Below are positions 1 through 14,024 of a stretch of 64,000 nt of DNA, in pieces. This DNA is from Okamejei kenojei (taxonomy: Eukaryota), in the NCBI GenBank assembly GCA_035221665.1, contig CM069131.1, positions 133,424,001 through 133,488,000 of the forward strand, read 5' to 3'. How positions within the stretch are numbered: the first letter of the stretch is position 1; every line of letters starts with the position of its first letter. The notes under the pieces are model-generated. The model saw only the letters and a list, made by a program, of their open reading frames with translations, searched no databases and was not told the DNA's origin. Position numbers and translations under genes: made by a program.

Positions 1-145
1 GACATTCAGTGTGATGCAGGTTAATAGTTTATTTCCTGTATTGAAATTAAAATGTATTATGGTCTGTAGTTTTAGTCAATGTTTATGGGTTATTGGGGTT
101 TTCTTCCGCTTTGTAGCAGTTTATAGTTTCTAAACGTTTAACCCA

Positions 146-540
146 TTGTCTGGAAAAAAAACTGCTCTGTCTGCCTGGGCCTGCCTGGAACTCCCAGGAC
201 AAACCATTTTGATTTCCCCTTGCTCTACCCATACCAATCTGTCTGTCCATTGTCAGAGTGAGACCACACGCCAACTGGATGACCACCACCTTGTATTCCA
301 TTTGGGTAGCCTACAACCCAGCAGCATAAACATTGAATTATCCAATTTCAGGTAATGATCCTCCCTCCTTCTCATCGACTCAGCTTCCCCTACCCCTCCT
401 ACTCCCTCACCTGTACATGCCTTTCTTTCCACTCTCCCTACCGCCAACATCTTATTCCTCTCACCTCCCCCTTCCGTTCATCTCTCATTCTTCCTATTGT
501 CCGGTTTTCCTTCCTTTCTATCCATCATCTTATAGAAAGG
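146..540 (+). mobile_element. Penelope-like element remnant (GIY-YIG C-terminus plus pyrimidine-rich 3' UTR); continues at about 1560-1715 and 2013-2320
   Basis: LSVHCQSETTRQLDDHHLVFHLGSLQPSSINIELSNF resembles the end of the PLE endonuclease (R..E..LI..LGSLQP.G.N). Confidence 0.75.
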
Positions 541-584
541 GATTGGACAGGTGAGATGCAGGAACAAATGTTTCTGATGTCGGA

Positions 585-1558
585 ATCCATAAGGGGATGA
601 GAGGATGATTAGAAGGATGAGAGGGGATCTTATTGAAACATATAAGATTATTAAGGGTTTGGACACGCTAGCGGCAGGAAACATGTTCCCGATTTTGGGG
701 GAGTCCAGAACCAGGGGCCACAGTTTAAGAATAAGGGGTAGGCCATTTAGGACTGAGATGAGGGAAAACATTTTCACCCAGAGAGTTGTGAATCTGTGCA
801 AATCTCTGCTACTGGCAGTGGAGGCCAATTCACTGGATGTATTCATGAGAGAGATAGATTTATACACAATAGGTGCAGGAGAAGGCCATTTGGTCATTTT
901 AGCCAGCACCGCTATTCAATGTGATCATGGCTGATCATCCACAATCAGTACTCCTTTCCTGCCTTCTCCCCATATCCCCTGACACTGCTATCTTCAAGAG
1001 CCCCATCTAGCTCTCTCTTGAAAGTATCCAGAGAACCGCCCTCTGAGGCAGAGAATTCCACAGTCTCATAACACTCCGTGTGGAAAAAGTGTTTCCTCAT
1101 CTCCATTCTAAATGGCTTACCCCTTATTCTTAAACTGTGGCCCCTGGTTCTGGACTCCCCCAACACCGGGAACACGTTTCCTGCCACTAGCGTGTCCAAA
1201 CCCTTAATAATCTTATATGTTTCAATAAGATCCCCTCTCATCCTTCTAAATTCCAGAGTATACAAGCCCAGCCACTCCATTCTCTCGGCATATGACAGTC
1301 CCGCAATCCCGGGAATTAACCTTGTGAGCCTATGCTGCACTCCCTCAATAGTAAGAATGTCCTTCCTCAAATTTGGAGACCAGAACTACACACAATACTC
1401 CAGGTGTGGTCTCAGTAGGGCCCTGTATAACCTTTAGCTCTTGGGGCTAAAGGAATCAAGGGAGATGGGGAGACAGCAGGAATGGGGTACTGATTTAGGA
1501 TGATCAGCCATGGTCATAGTGAATGGCCTACGCCTGCACCTATTTTCATGTGTCTATC
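585..1558. mobile_element. Nested CR1 3' fragments: a minus-strand copy (863-1432) inside a plus-strand copy
   Basis: RRMRGDLIETYKI...TRGH on both strands; TTTA duplicated at 859-862 / 1433-1436; the host resumes at 1433. Confidence 0.85.
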
Positions 1559-1715
1559 CTTCTGGTTCAACATTTCACTCCCCATCTTTCGTCATTGTCA
1601 AATTCTACCATCTGTGCCTTTTTTTTATTTTCTTCACATCAGCTCCAGCCTCAGTTACTATCGCCAACCTTCTCTCCTCCTCCTGACTCATTTGCCAACC
1701 AAACTGTCCTCAAGG

Positions 1716-2012
1716 ATGTCACTGTAGCGCAGCGATAGAGTTCCTGCCTTACAGCGCTAGAGACCCGGGTTCGATCCTGACTGCGTGTGCTGTCTGTATG
1801 GAGTTCGTACGTTCTCCCCGTGATCTGCGTGGGTTTTCTCTGGGAGCTTTGGTTTCCTCCCACACGCCAAAGACGTACAGGTTTGTAGGTTAATTGGCTT
1901 GGTAAAATTGTAAATTGTCCCTAGTATGTGTAGGATGGTGTGTAGTGTGCCATCGGCGTGCATTTGATGGGATGAAGGGCCTGTTTCTGTTCTGTATCTT
2001 TAAACTAAACTA
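1716..2012 (+). mobile_element. tRNA-derived V-SINE (HE1-like)
   Basis: B box GGTTCGATCC, V-domain (GTTCTCCCCGTG..GCGTGGGTTTTC..GGTTTCCTCCCACA), (TAAAC)n tail. Confidence 0.85.
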
Positions 2013-2574
2013 ATCCTGGCTCCACCAATCACTTGCTAATTCTTGTCCCACCACTTCCCCTTGTCTCTTTCCACGCTATCTCTCCTCTAATCCATCAGTC
2101 TAAAGAAGGATTCCAACCCTAAATAGATACAAAACGCTGGAGTAACTCAGGCAGCATCTCTGGAGAGAAGGAATGGGTGATGTTTCAGGTCGAGACTCTT
2201 CTTCAGACGCATTCCAACCCCAAATGTTGTCTCTCCATTTCCCTCCACAGTTACTGCCTGACCCTCTGAGCTCCTCCAGCATTTTACTTTTGACTTAAGA
2301 TTCCTGAAATCTGCCGTTTATTGTAACGCTCCAACATATTCCCCCTACATTTGTTTTCTCTGCCTCTGTTTGTGAAGCTGATAATCTCATCTGTTTTACC
2401 AACTGCTCTCACAAAATGTCCTGCTCACTTTCAGAGATTGCACACAGACACTCCTATATCTCTCCCTGCTCTTACATATAATTTATCTGTTCCATTTAGT
2501 CTTTATTGTACATCTAATTTTTTTTCTCTATTAAAATACGTAATATATATTGTTTCGCCTAAAAAAATCATCTG

Positions 2575-5540
2575 CCAACTACGTCCACTTGAAGGATATT
2601 ACCATCCTTCTCCCGAGTACTACAGTTCCAAATTTAATGTCATCTGCTGATTTTGAAATATTACCTTGCTTGTTCACATCTAAATCATTAATGTAAATAA
2701 AGAAAAAACAATGGTTCCCAGGACTGATCCTGGCAAGCATCACTGTTTGCCAGCCTTCAGTCTGAACAACAACCATTACCATGCCTGTCTGGTTTCTGTC
2801 CTTAAGTTTTCATGTATCTATGCTGTTACTGATACTTTAGCCCATAGCCTGTAAATTTGGAAACCAGCCTTTTTATGTGGGATTTTGCCTAATGGCGTCT
2901 GAAAATCCATATGAACAACATCTGCGACATTCCATTCATCAACTTTCTCTGTCGGCTCACCAAATGATAAAAGGAAGTTACTCACACATGATTCATCTTT
3001 AATACTTCCATGCTGGTTCTCATATGTTAACCCAAACCTCTCCAAATTCCGAGTGATCAGCTATTCCTCACTGTTTTAGGAGCTTCCTCTCCAAGGTTAA
3101 ACTGACTGACGTTGTTACTCTCATGACCTCGTGCCATTATGGAACGATAGTCACATTTGCCTTTTTTGAATCCTTGTATCATGAGGATTTTGGGAAGCAT
3201 TTTACAGTCTTTATCTCTTTTTAGCTGAAGACAAGGATGCATCTGATTTAGATCAGGTGACATTTCCAGTATAGAGTCATACAGCATGGAACAGGCCCTT
3301 TAAACCAACTTGCCCATGCCGACCAAGATGCCCCATTCTATACTAGTCCCACCTGCCTGCATTTAGCCCATATCCCTCTAAACCTTTCCAATCCAAGTAC
3401 CTGCCCGAATGTTTTTTTAAATGCTGTTATAGTACCTGCCACAACTACCTCATCTGGCAGCTTATTCCACCACCACACTCTGAGGAAAAAGTTGCCTCTC
3501 TTTCCTCTCACACCATAAATGTATGCCCCCTGGTTCTTGAATTGCATTTTCTGGGTAAAACGGTCTGTGCATTCACCCTATCTATTCCCCTCATGGTCTT
3601 AAAATACTTCTATAAGATCATCCTCCTGCACTCCCAAGGAATAAAGTCCTAGCTTGACCAGCCTTGCCCTGTAGCTCAGGCCCTTTAGCCCTGGCAACAT
3701 CCTCGTAAATATTTTCTGCACTCTTTCCAGCTTAACAACACCCTTCCTATAGCTGGGTGGATGAAACTGAATGCTCCAAATGCAGCCTCAGCAAGGTACC
3801 GAAAGCCTTCTTGACCACTCTATCTACCTGTGACGCCATTTTCGAATAACTATGTACCTGCACTCCTGGATCTTCCTGCTCCACAATACTCACCAGTGCC
3901 CTGCCATTCACTGTAAAGGTCCTACCCTGGTTTGAGTTTCCAAATTGCAAAACCTTGTACTTATCTGCATGAAGCCCCATTAACCATTCCTCTGCCCACC
4001 TGCCCATCTGATCAAGACCCTGCTGTCATTTTTGACAACCTTCTTTGCTACCTACAATACCACCCACTTTATTGTCATCTGCAAACTTACTAATCTTGCC
4101 ATATGTACTCATCGAAATCATTATTATAAACCATAAACAGCAATGGGCCCAGGACTGATCACCGAGACACACCATTAGTCACAGGCTACCAGTCCATATA
4201 ACAACCTTTCACCACCATCCTATGCTTCCTTCAATGAAGACAATTCTCCATTCTGTCAGCTAGCTCTTCCATGTGATCCATGTGATCAAACCATTCAGAA
4301 CAGCCTACTATATGAAACTTTATCAAATACCTTGTCCAATAGACAAGGTCTACGGCTTTGTTCCTCGTCAACCTTTTTGATTACTAATTCAAAACATTTA
4401 ATCAGATTTGTAAGACATGTCCTCCCACGTACAAAACTATGCTAACCCTAATCAGCCACTGTCTATCCAAATGCACATACCTTATCCCTCAGAATCCGCT
4501 CCAATAACTTGCTTGCCACAGATGTTAGGCTCACTGGTCTTTTGTTCCCAGACTTTTCCATGCAGCACCTCTTAAAATAGAGGCACAACAATAGCCACCC
4601 TCCAGGCTTCTGGGCACCTCACCCATGTCATATATCTCAGCCAGGGCATCTGCAAATTCTTCTCTCGATTCCCGCAGTGCCCTTGGATATATCTGATCAG
4701 GCCGGGAGGTTTTTCTACCTTCATGCGTCTTTGGGCATTCAGCAGCTCTACCTTAATGTGGACTGTCCTCAAGACATCTCCATTAACTGTCCCAAGTTCC
4801 CTAGTCTTCATGTCTTTCTCCATGATAAAAACAGAGGAGGAATACTCATTGAGGATCTTGCCCATCTACTGTGCCTTCAGGCAGAAGTTACCACTTTGGT
4901 TCCCCTTAATTTACACAATCTCATTATTTTCCTTAGTATTTTCCGGGGGCTATCTTCTGCCCGCTTTTTGCCCTCTTGATATCTTTCTTAAGTGTGCTTA
5001 GTTCATGAAACAACTCCAGGGATACGCTTGATCTCAGCTGCCTATAACTGTCCCATGCCTCCTTTTTCATGACCAGAGCCTCAATTTCTCTCGGCACCCA
5101 AACTTTCTTACTCCCACCTACCTTGTCCATCATGCTAACAGGCCTGGAATTCAGGTTGCCCTGAACTCTTATCATCACACATTTAAAAGCATCTGTCTTT
5201 CCAGATGTTCCTTTGCCAGCAAACAAATTAGTTCAATCTACTTTAGCAAGTAACAGTCTAAGACCATCAGTCGACCTTGCCCCAATTCATATATTTAACT
5301 TGTGTCCCGCCCCTCTCGTTTTCCAAAACCATTTTAAAGTTAATAGAACAATGGCCGCAGGCTGCAATAGGCTTGCCCATGGATCCTTCAGTCATTTGCC
5401 TTTCCCAATGTCCTAAGAGTAGGTCAAGCTTGGTTCTCTACACATTTGACAAATTTCACCTTGGCACCATGACAATCCCAGTCTATATTGGAAGAGTTAA
5501 AATCCCCTCCCAGGACAGTTTTATTAGTCTTGTAGCTGCC
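2575..5540 (-). mobile_element. Old degenerate CR1 ORF2 fragments in the MOCS2 intron
   Basis: Broken RT motifs (YINDLD..ISKSADD, WRVAIVVPLF, QVDRVVKKAFG) spread across several frames. Confidence 0.8.
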
Positions 5541-5810
5541 TGCAATCACCTGGCATCGTAAGTCGAGTGTTTTATTGTCATGTGTCCCGATATGAAACAA
5601 TGAAATTTGTGTCTAATTATATAAGACTTTTTGAGAACTTGATGCCCTTTAAGACATAAGCCCCTTGCACTTTAAGCACAGGGGCTTGCTTAATTAATAT
5701 TATTTAAGTCTGTGTGTATTTCTAAAACAGTGAAGTATTATTTTCGAATTCAAATTCTTCTTATTTTTTTTAATGGCTTCAGAATCGATTTTTGCCTTGT
5801 AATTCTGCAG

Positions 5811-5934
5811 ATTAGTTAATGTGACTGAAGCAAGTGTGATCATTGCCATCTCTGGTCCGCATAGAAATGAATCCCTTGAAGCAGTGAAATATTGCATTGA
5901 CACTTTGAAAGCCACCGTGCCTATATGGAAGAAG
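5811..5934 (+). CDS. MOCS2: Molybdopterin synthase catalytic subunit (MOCS2B), penultimate coding exon
   Basis: ttctgcAG|...|GTatga. 124 nt encoding (G)[41 protein letters not shown], matching the MoaE family motif (human [41 protein letters not shown]). Confidence 0.96.
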
Positions 5935-6159
5935 GTATGAATTTTAACATCAGGGAATTCAAATGGGGAACTTGTATAATAGCAAATTGGCAGTAAATTT
6001 TACTTGCCTAGTTTTTTTTATTCTAATATTTATTTCTCATTTACCTTATAATATTTTGGTCTAAGGCTTACCTTGCTTCTACCATCCTGCTTCATTGTAC
6101 AATTAATCCTTCACGATCTCATCTATATCACATCCATATATCAAGAGCCACCTTAATGA

Positions 6160-7090
6160 AGGTTAATCTGAGTGAGGTGCTGCAATTTGGGAGTTCAAAT
6201 GTTTGGGGAAAGTACACAGTTAATGGCAAGACCCTTAACGGCATTAATGTACAGAGTGATCTTGGGCTCTAAGTTTATTGGTCCGTGAAAGTGGCAACAC
6301 AAAAGTAGATAGAGTGGTAGAAGCTTACCTTAATTGGTCAGAGCATCGAGTATAAGAAGCAGATGGAAAGAATGCAGATGCTGGTTTTATTTAAAATGGA
6401 CAGTGCTGGAGTCAGGCAGCATCTCTGGAGAACGTGCATAGGCGACAGGTCCTGACCCGAAACATCACCTCTCCATGTTCTCCAGAGATGCTGCCTGACC
6501 TTCTGATTCACTCCAGCACTTTGTGTTTTTCATTGAGTGTAAGAGTGTAATATTCACGTTGCAGCTTTATAATATTTTGATTAGGCTGCATTAAAAGTAT
6601 CGTGTGCAGTTCTGGTCACCCTATTACAGGAAGGATGTGGAGGCTTAGGAGAATGTGCAGAAGAGGTTTACCAGAATGCTGCCTGGATTAAAGGATATTA
6701 TCCACAAGAAGTAGGATTTTTAATTTTGTTTTCAGTGTTTGAGGCTGAAGGGTGACCCGATATATACAATTAGAAGAAGCTTTGATAAGGTAAAGAATAA
6801 GAACCTTTTTTGCAGGTTGAAATCGTCAAAGACTAGAGGGCGTAGTATTAAGTCCAAGGGAGCAAATTTAATGCAGATGTGGGAGATGAGTTTAAAGTTT
6901 TTTATATACAAAGAGCGGTATGCAGAGAAGCAGTAATGGCGTTTAAGAGGCTCTTAGATGGGCACACGCATTAATGGAGGGATGTGATTCACATGCAGGG
7001 AGAGGAGATTAGTTTAACTTGGCATCATGTTTGGCGCAGATATTGTGGGCCAAATATCCTGTTCCTGTGCTGTAACATTCTATGTTCTAT
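6160..7090 (+). mobile_element. Degenerate CR1 3' fragment interrupted by a PLE mini-element (6358-6530)
   Basis: CR1 RT C-terminal similarity; the insert is flanked by CATCGAGTATAAGA / CATTGAGTGTAAGA. Confidence 0.75.
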
Positions 7091-7927
7091 AAAGGATGAT
7101 GACATTTACTATTGTGTTCAGCGTGCCAGCAAAGAATTGGGCCATCTGGGAAATAGAGTGTTTGAACATCAAACCTGACATTAAGCTTTTGGTGTACCAG
7201 GCAACAGTGATCTCCATCCCACTGTTTTTGTAATGTAATGACAGCATATTGTTTGTGGTACCGGACCAGCAATCAAAGTTCTGGACCACTGCTGTGAGAA
7301 ATAAGATTGAAAGCCACTTGCGGTATATAAATTAATTTAATAAATATGGTATTTGAAAAGAGAGCAAGTTTCAAGATAACCACAAAACTAGATTTTCTTA
7401 AAATCCAGCTGGTTTAGTGATGTCTTTTTTCCAATTTGGCTTCTATGTATCTCCAGAATATAGTTAAGTGCAAAATAAGTGGTTGACTCTTAACTGTTGC
7501 TTTGGTTGGAGACAATTATGGATTGATGATAAATGCTTGCATTGCCAGTGCAATCTATAGACATGAACGAATAAATAAACAAAAACACTTGGACAACCTG
7601 CAAAGGCATATCAAATGCTGGAGGAAAATTGGCAACAAATCCATTGGCAGCATAAGAAAATTATTGTCAGTGTTCTGAGGTAAACGGTCCCAGCATTGAG
7701 AATAATTGCACCCGAGGGGCTCTGATGGATGGGCCACATTCTTTATGTCCTGACACTAGACAATGACACACGATTCCCAACTCGGTTCCTTGGAGAAACC
7801 ACACTACCAACACATCCACCACTAAAAGGATCAACTAAGTAAAGGTTGAGGACATGTTATATATTTTAATGATTTTAAATTTAGACATTCAAATCTTTAT
7901 TTTTGAAGTACAAATATATTCATACAT

Positions 7928-8200
7928 AGTTTAGTTTAGGTTGGAGATACTGCGCGGAGGCAGGCTCTTCCGTGTCCACACTGATCAACGATCCCCAGAC
8001 ATTAAAACTATCCTACACACACTAGGGACAATTTACATTTATAGAAAGCCAATTAACTTACAAACCTGTACGTCTTTGGAGTGTGGGAGGAAACCAAAGA
8101 TCTCGGAGAAAACAGAAGTGGCATTTGGGATTGAACCTGGATCTGTGCACTGAAAGCGCTGTAAGGCAGCAACTCTACCCCCGCTGTGGCAACGTGCCGC
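7928..8200 (-). mobile_element. V-SINE just upstream of the MOCS2 last exon
   Basis: Reverse complement of the same SINE. Confidence 0.8.
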
Positions 8201-8244
8201 ATTTTATGGAACGTTGTAATTTACTTTAAATTCTTTTATTTTAG

Positions 8245-8313
8245 GAGATCTATGATAATGAAGAATATATCTGGAAGGAAAATAAGGAGTGTCAATGGGT
8301 AAAAAATAACTAG
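8245..8313 (+). CDS. MOCS2: MOCS2B last coding exon
   Basis: ttttAG acceptor, phase 0; EIYDNEEYIWKENKECQWVKNN-TAG (human EIYEESSTWKGNKECFWASNS). Confidence 0.95.
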   Translation, partial: EIYDNEEYIWKENKECQWVKNN

Positions 8314-8341
8314 AACTAACTACATCTCACTGTAATCTTGA

Positions 8342-8550
8342 AATAAATATCATGCTGTGTGATTGTTATGCATTAATTGAAATAGCATTGTTATGCATTA
8401 ATTGAAACTGATAATGTGCTTTTGCACAATACTGATATGTGCAACAAAGGACAATGATGGGTGTACATTTTGGAATAGAATGAAGTAAATTATACCTTGC
8501 AGTTTCATGATGGATAATTTCTTGATCAGAAACTTGTTGATGCCAATAAA
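8342..8550 (+). promoter_or_regulatory. Candidate MOCS2 polyadenylation signals
   Basis: AATAAA at 8342-8347 and 8545-8550 in AT-rich sequence downstream of the stop. Confidence 0.55.
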
Positions 8551-9058
8551 GTTGTACTGATTTCCAGCATTTCTGGAATTTTAATTTATATCGATGAATG
8601 AACATGTGCAGCAATAGTCTTCAATTTAATTCTGACCATATTAAAAACGAAGAGAAGACCATGCAAATTTTAATGTGAACGGTGTCATATGTTTTCTTGG
8701 AGAAATGATGAAGTGCAGATGCTGATTTACAAACAAAGACACTAAGGGTTGGAGTAACTCAGCAGGTCAGGCAGCATCGCTGGAGAATATGGTTGGGCGT
8801 TGTTTTGCATCAGGACCATACAGATTAATTGTAGTGGGGGGACGTTGCTGGAAATGTGGAGGGGCTGAAACAAACACTGGCAAGTGATAGTTGAATACAG
8901 GTGAGGTGGGTAGGGGGTTAATTGGCGAAGGATGGACAAAGGCTATAAATGAAAAGAAAACAAAAGCCTGTAAGATAAGGAGAGACATGGAGTGAAATGT
9001 TCCCTCCCCTTCCCTCCCTGTGCCACCACACCCAGATAGGCTCTCATTTCCACTGTTA

Positions 9059-9486
9059 ACAACCATATAACAATAACCATATAACAATTACAGCACGGAA
9101 ACAGGCCCTCTCGGCCCTTCCAGTCCGTGCCGACCATTTGTTTTCCCCCTAGTCCCATCTACCTGCACTCAGACCATACCCCTCCATTCCCTTCACGTCC
9201 ATATACCTATCCACTTTACTTTTAAATGTTAAAATCGATCCTGCCTCCACCACTTCTGCTGGAAGCTCATTCCACACAGCCACCACCCTCTGAGTAAAGA
9301 AGTTCCCCCTCACGTTACCCCGAAACTTCTGTCCCTTAATTCTCATGTCATGCCCTCTTGTTTGAATCTTCCCTACCCTCAATGGGAAAAACGTATCCAC
9401 GTCAACTCTGTCTATCCCTTTCATCATTTTAAAGACCTCAATCAAGTCCCCCCTTAACCTTCTGCGCTCCAAAGAATAAAGACCTA
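9059..9486 (-). mobile_element. 5'-truncated copy of the same young CR1 subfamily
   Basis: Matches the 3' end of copies 1 and 2 (ERRRLRGDLIE...SAGRWD plus tail); TGTTA duplicated at 9054-9058 / 9489-9493. Confidence 0.92.
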
Positions 9487-10303
9487 GATGTTATCCCATC
9501 CCCCTTGCCCGTTTCATCTATATCTGTTCCTCTGGCTTCACATTTCACCCCCATTCTTCCCACTTCTCTGAGCCAGCCCACTTCATTATCTTCTTGTGAT
9601 CTAGTCTCTCTGTCGCTGACTGGTCAGTCCTCACCAGAGGCCTCGTCTTTGTACCCCTGTGCCTGCACCTCAATGAGTTCTGCGTTTGCCATGATAATTC
9701 GGCCCTTCGAGCCAGCACCGCCATTCAATGTGATCATGGCCGATCATCTCCAATCTGTACCCCGTTCCTGCCTTCTCCCCACATTCCCTGACTCCGCTGA
9801 TGTTGAGCTCTTCTTCCATTGAGTCCTTCCGCCCCAACTGACGACTCTTTCTCCTGTCTCCTCTTCCTCTTGGACACCTACTTCTGGCCTTTTACAGTCT
9901 CTCATCCTTTTCATTTCCTACAGCTGATACTGGGCATCAATCTTGATTAATCCACTCCCTTAACCCATTCCAACCTCACATGCTACAAACTCGCAGATCT
10001 CCATTCCCTCTGCACCATTTTCAACCTCGTCATCAAATTTAATTCAAATGAAGTGTCTCAACCCAAATTATTGACTGTTCATTTCCCTCTGCAGATGCTA
10101 CCTGAATGCAAAAAACCTCCTGCAGTTTTTATTTAGCTCTAGATTCTGGCATCTGCGGTGTCTTGCATCTGTTATTTGGACATTGTTGGAAAGTAGATAA
10201 ACTGTGACCTCTAGTGGTATCAATCTACATGTGCATTCAGAAATACATTCTCACCGAAATACTTCAATGTATTTTCAATAGATAACCGTAACTTATCTAA
10301 TAA

Positions 10304-10499
10304 AAGGCCTGTTCCACGTAGGCGACTCTTTAGGCGACTGCCAGGGACTAGTTTAAATGGAATTCACCTAGGACACCTGGCGACAACCTACGACAGCAAA
10401 AATTGTCGCCACTGTCCCTGAAAACTTTTCAACATGTTGAAAATGTTACGGCAGTTGCTAGTCGTCGCCCAAAAAAATCATCTAAGTGGGACAGGCCCA
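10304..10499. mobile_element. MITE, probably PIF/Harbinger type
   Basis: TIR GGCCTGTTCCACGTAG ... CTAAGTGGGACAGGCC; internal GGCGAC/GTCGCC repeats. Confidence 0.75.
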
Positions 10500-10859
10500 T
10501 ATTGATGTTAGACAAAAACCTATGTTTGTAGTAATAGTAAACTGGGAACACTCAAGACTGAATGACATTCAGCAGAATTTATATAATTTGTTATGCAATT
10601 TTGCAAACACTGCATTTGTTCAATGTATTGATAAATGATTATATTAAAATCATGTAATTGACAGACATTTTGTGTATAATTTCTGTTGAATATAGAAAGA
10701 GTGATGCTTAGTGCTGAGTGGGGTGATGGGGTATTCGGATAGGGTTAGAGTGGTAGTGGATGGATTACTATCAATTACTTTACATGTACTCTTACAAACT
10801 CTTACTTTTCCAGCCTCTATATACCTTTATTGTGAAAATCTAAAACATAGTGGATAGTG

Positions 10860-11610
10860 TCCTTTTTCAAACCTTTTCTGTCACGTGTCTTTTAAATGTT
10901 ATAGTACCTGCCTCAACTACTATCCTCTGGCAGCCTGTTCCATATACCCACTACCATCTGAGTGAAAAAATTACCCTTGCGTTTTCTATTAAATCTTTAT
11001 CCTCTCCTCTTCACCTTATGTCCTCTGGCTCTTGACTCCCCTACTCTAGGTAAAGACTGTGCATTCACCCTATCAATTCCCCTGATGATGTTATACAACT
11101 CTATAAGATCACCTCTCAGCCTCTCGCGATCCAAGGGAATAATGTCCTAGTTTACCCAATCTCTGCCTATATTCGAGACCCTCAGGCACTGGCAACATTC
11201 TCGTAAATCTTCTCTGCACTCTTTCCAGCTTAATGACATCCTTCCTTTAGCAAGGTGACAAAAATTGAACAGAATACTCCAAATGCAGTCTCACCAACCT
11301 CATACAACTATAACATAATGTCTCAAATATTATACTCAATACCCTGACTGATGAAAACCAATATACCAAAAGCTTTATTTACTTATGACACCACTTTTGG
11401 GGAACTATGTACTTGTACCCGTAGATCCCTCTGCTCTACCATACTCCCCAGGGCCCTTCATTCACTATGAAGCTCCTGCCTTGGTTTGAATTCCGAAAAT
11501 GCAACATCTTGCACTTATTTGCATTAAACTTCATTAGCCATACCTCTGCCGACTGGTCCAGCTGATCACGATACCGCTGTACGTTTGATAACCATTTTCA
11601 CTGTACCATA
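10860..11610 (-). mobile_element. Degenerate CR1 3' fragment
   Basis: Antisense similarity to the CR1 RT C-terminus and 3' UTR. Confidence 0.7.
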
Positions 11611-12384
11611 TGTACTTAATATGCACAATGGAACTTAACAGGGTTGTTGAAAATGCTCTGTCAGCAAGTCGACCTAATCTGATGAGAACCATTTAGTCAC
11701 TGAATCCTGTTCAAACTACTTATGGCTGCCTTTATGCACTGCCCCTGCAGACATTGCCAGAAATTAATCAATTGTGGATTTATTTCAATTGACATTTCCA
11801 TTGCATTCAGGGGTTATCATGGGCTAGATAGCGAGAAACAATTTCAGTTAGAAAATCTGGGATGAGGATTCACTACCTAAAAATTAAAGCCAGACCTGTA
11901 AGAAATTATTTTATTTGTAAGTGACAGCTGAGCTTCAGTAGCGTTGAGGGAGCGAATGCTGTACTGTCATGAAACTCGGACCATATCTGCTCGTTTTGTT
12001 GTAACAAATTCCATGGTGGTCCTTTGGGGTAAAAAAACGCACCAAAGCAAGAGATTCATGGTCAATATGACATTGGTATTGTGGGAGCCTATTATAAGTG
12101 AACTGTCTATTGCATTATAGTTAAGTCTGTGCTCCTGCTTAAACGGACACAAAGTGCTGGAGTAACTCAGCAGGTCAGACAGCATCTCTGGAGAACATGG
12201 ATAGGTCCTGTGGTCCTGCTAATGCTTGCTCTTGATCTAATTTAGCTAGCTGCATGTAGTTCACCAGGAAAGACACCACTTCACTTATAACACCAGAAAT
12301 AAATAAAGGAATCAATCAATTTTACAAGATTGCCTTTTTATTGTTTGATTTCTGCTTAATTTTTGAAAGCATTTGAGGTTTTAT

Positions 12385-12975
12385 ATATCAAAAATGCTGG
12401 AAGAACTCAGCAGGTCAAGCAGCATCTGTGGAAAGAGGAACCAGTCCATGTTTTGGATCAATGACCCTTGGGACTGGGGGAAGAGTGGAGGACTTGCAGT
12501 TTTCAGAGCAGAGGTGGAGGAAGGAGTGTGGTAAATGAGAAAAAATACAAATGGAAACAGGTTAAGGCAGATCAGGTGATAAGGAACATGCGTACTAACC
12601 ATTAGTAAGGCATTTTGAAAAATGGGATAAAAGGGAGATAAGTATGATGCTTGGAAATGATGAGATATTGTTCTGCTAGTTTACATTGGGACTTAACTAT
12701 GCCCACGTGGAGGTTGCAGACTGAAAGTTTGGAATGTGATTGGGATTGTAAATCAAATGGGCAGGCTACAGAAATCACCACCCCATGTGCACAAATAATC
12801 ACTCAATCCCTTTGTTCGTTTCTCCATTGTAGAGGAGACCACATTGTGTGCACCAAGTATAGTACTCAAGATTGGAAGTGCCTGCTTCACCTGGAATGAT
12901 TGTTTGCGTTCTTCGATATAGGGAAGAGAAAAGGTGAATGGACTGTTGTTGCATTTCCTCCAAATACATGGGAAA
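12385..12975 (-). mobile_element. Degenerate Penelope-like element
   Basis: TSNLEYYTWCTQCGLLYNGET (GIY-YIG motif with CxxC), then KLAEQYLI and the shared terminal module. Confidence 0.75.
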
Positions 12976-13055
12976 GAGCATCATTTGTGCAAGGATCAGC
13001 TCTGCAAGAATTTACAATTTTCTATTAGAATTAGAATTTATTAGATTTTTTTTTT

Positions 13056-13480
13056 ATGAGAATGTTGCCAGTACTAGAGGTTCTGAACTATAGAGAGAGG
13101 TTGAATAGGCTGGGGCTTTATTCCTTGGAGCACAAGAGGATGAGGGGTAGTCGTAGAGGGTATAAAATCATGAGAGGAATAGATCTGGTAGATGCACAGA
13201 ATCTCTTGCACAGTGTCGGTGAATCGAGGACCAGAGGACAAGGTGAAGGGGAAAAGATTTAATAGGAATCTGAAGAGTATCTTTTTCGCACAAAGGGTGG
13301 TGGGTGTATGGAACGAGCTGCCAGAGGAGATAGTTGAGGCAGGGACTATCCCAACGTTTAAGAAACAAGTTAGACAGGTATAGGGGGTTATGGGCAGGTG
13401 GGACTAGTGTACCTGGGACATGTTGGCTGGTGTGGGCGAAAGGGTCCGTTTCCATGCTGAATCACTCTCTGACTATGACA
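13056..13480 (+). mobile_element. CR1 3' fragment
   Basis: YRERLNRLGLYSLE, FFAQRVVGVWNELP. Confidence 0.8.
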
Positions 13481-14024
13481 TATTGTAGGATATCCCCCAG
13501 GTGCAGAGGGCTTCTAGCTGCATCCAGATCAATTTGTCAGTGCTATATTTGAAAGTTGCTCAATTTCCTCAGTGAGCAGTAGAAGTGTGATCATGTAGTG
13601 AATCAAGTGGTTCATTATCTGACCATAATCAGTTTGCTTTGCAGGAATTGGCTGCACTAACTGTATTTGAAGCACCACATAAATCAAAGGATGGCTACAT
13701 TGCATGGAGATCCTTGGGACTACACTTTTGGCAATGAATTGGACAGCTATCTCCGTGAATTCATAATTGTAGGAGCAAAATTAGGCTATTCGGCCCATCA
13801 AGTCAACTCTGCCTTTCAATCATGGCTGATCTATCTTTCTCTCTCAATGCCATTCTCATGGCTTCTCCCCCTAACCCCTGTACAAATCAAGAATCTATTA
13901 ATCTTCGCCTTAATATATATCCATTGACTTGGCCTCCACGGCCTTCTGTGGCAATGAATTCCACATTAATCTATTAATTAACAAATCTAGATTTTCACCA
14001 TTCCTCAGTTAATATGACAAAACT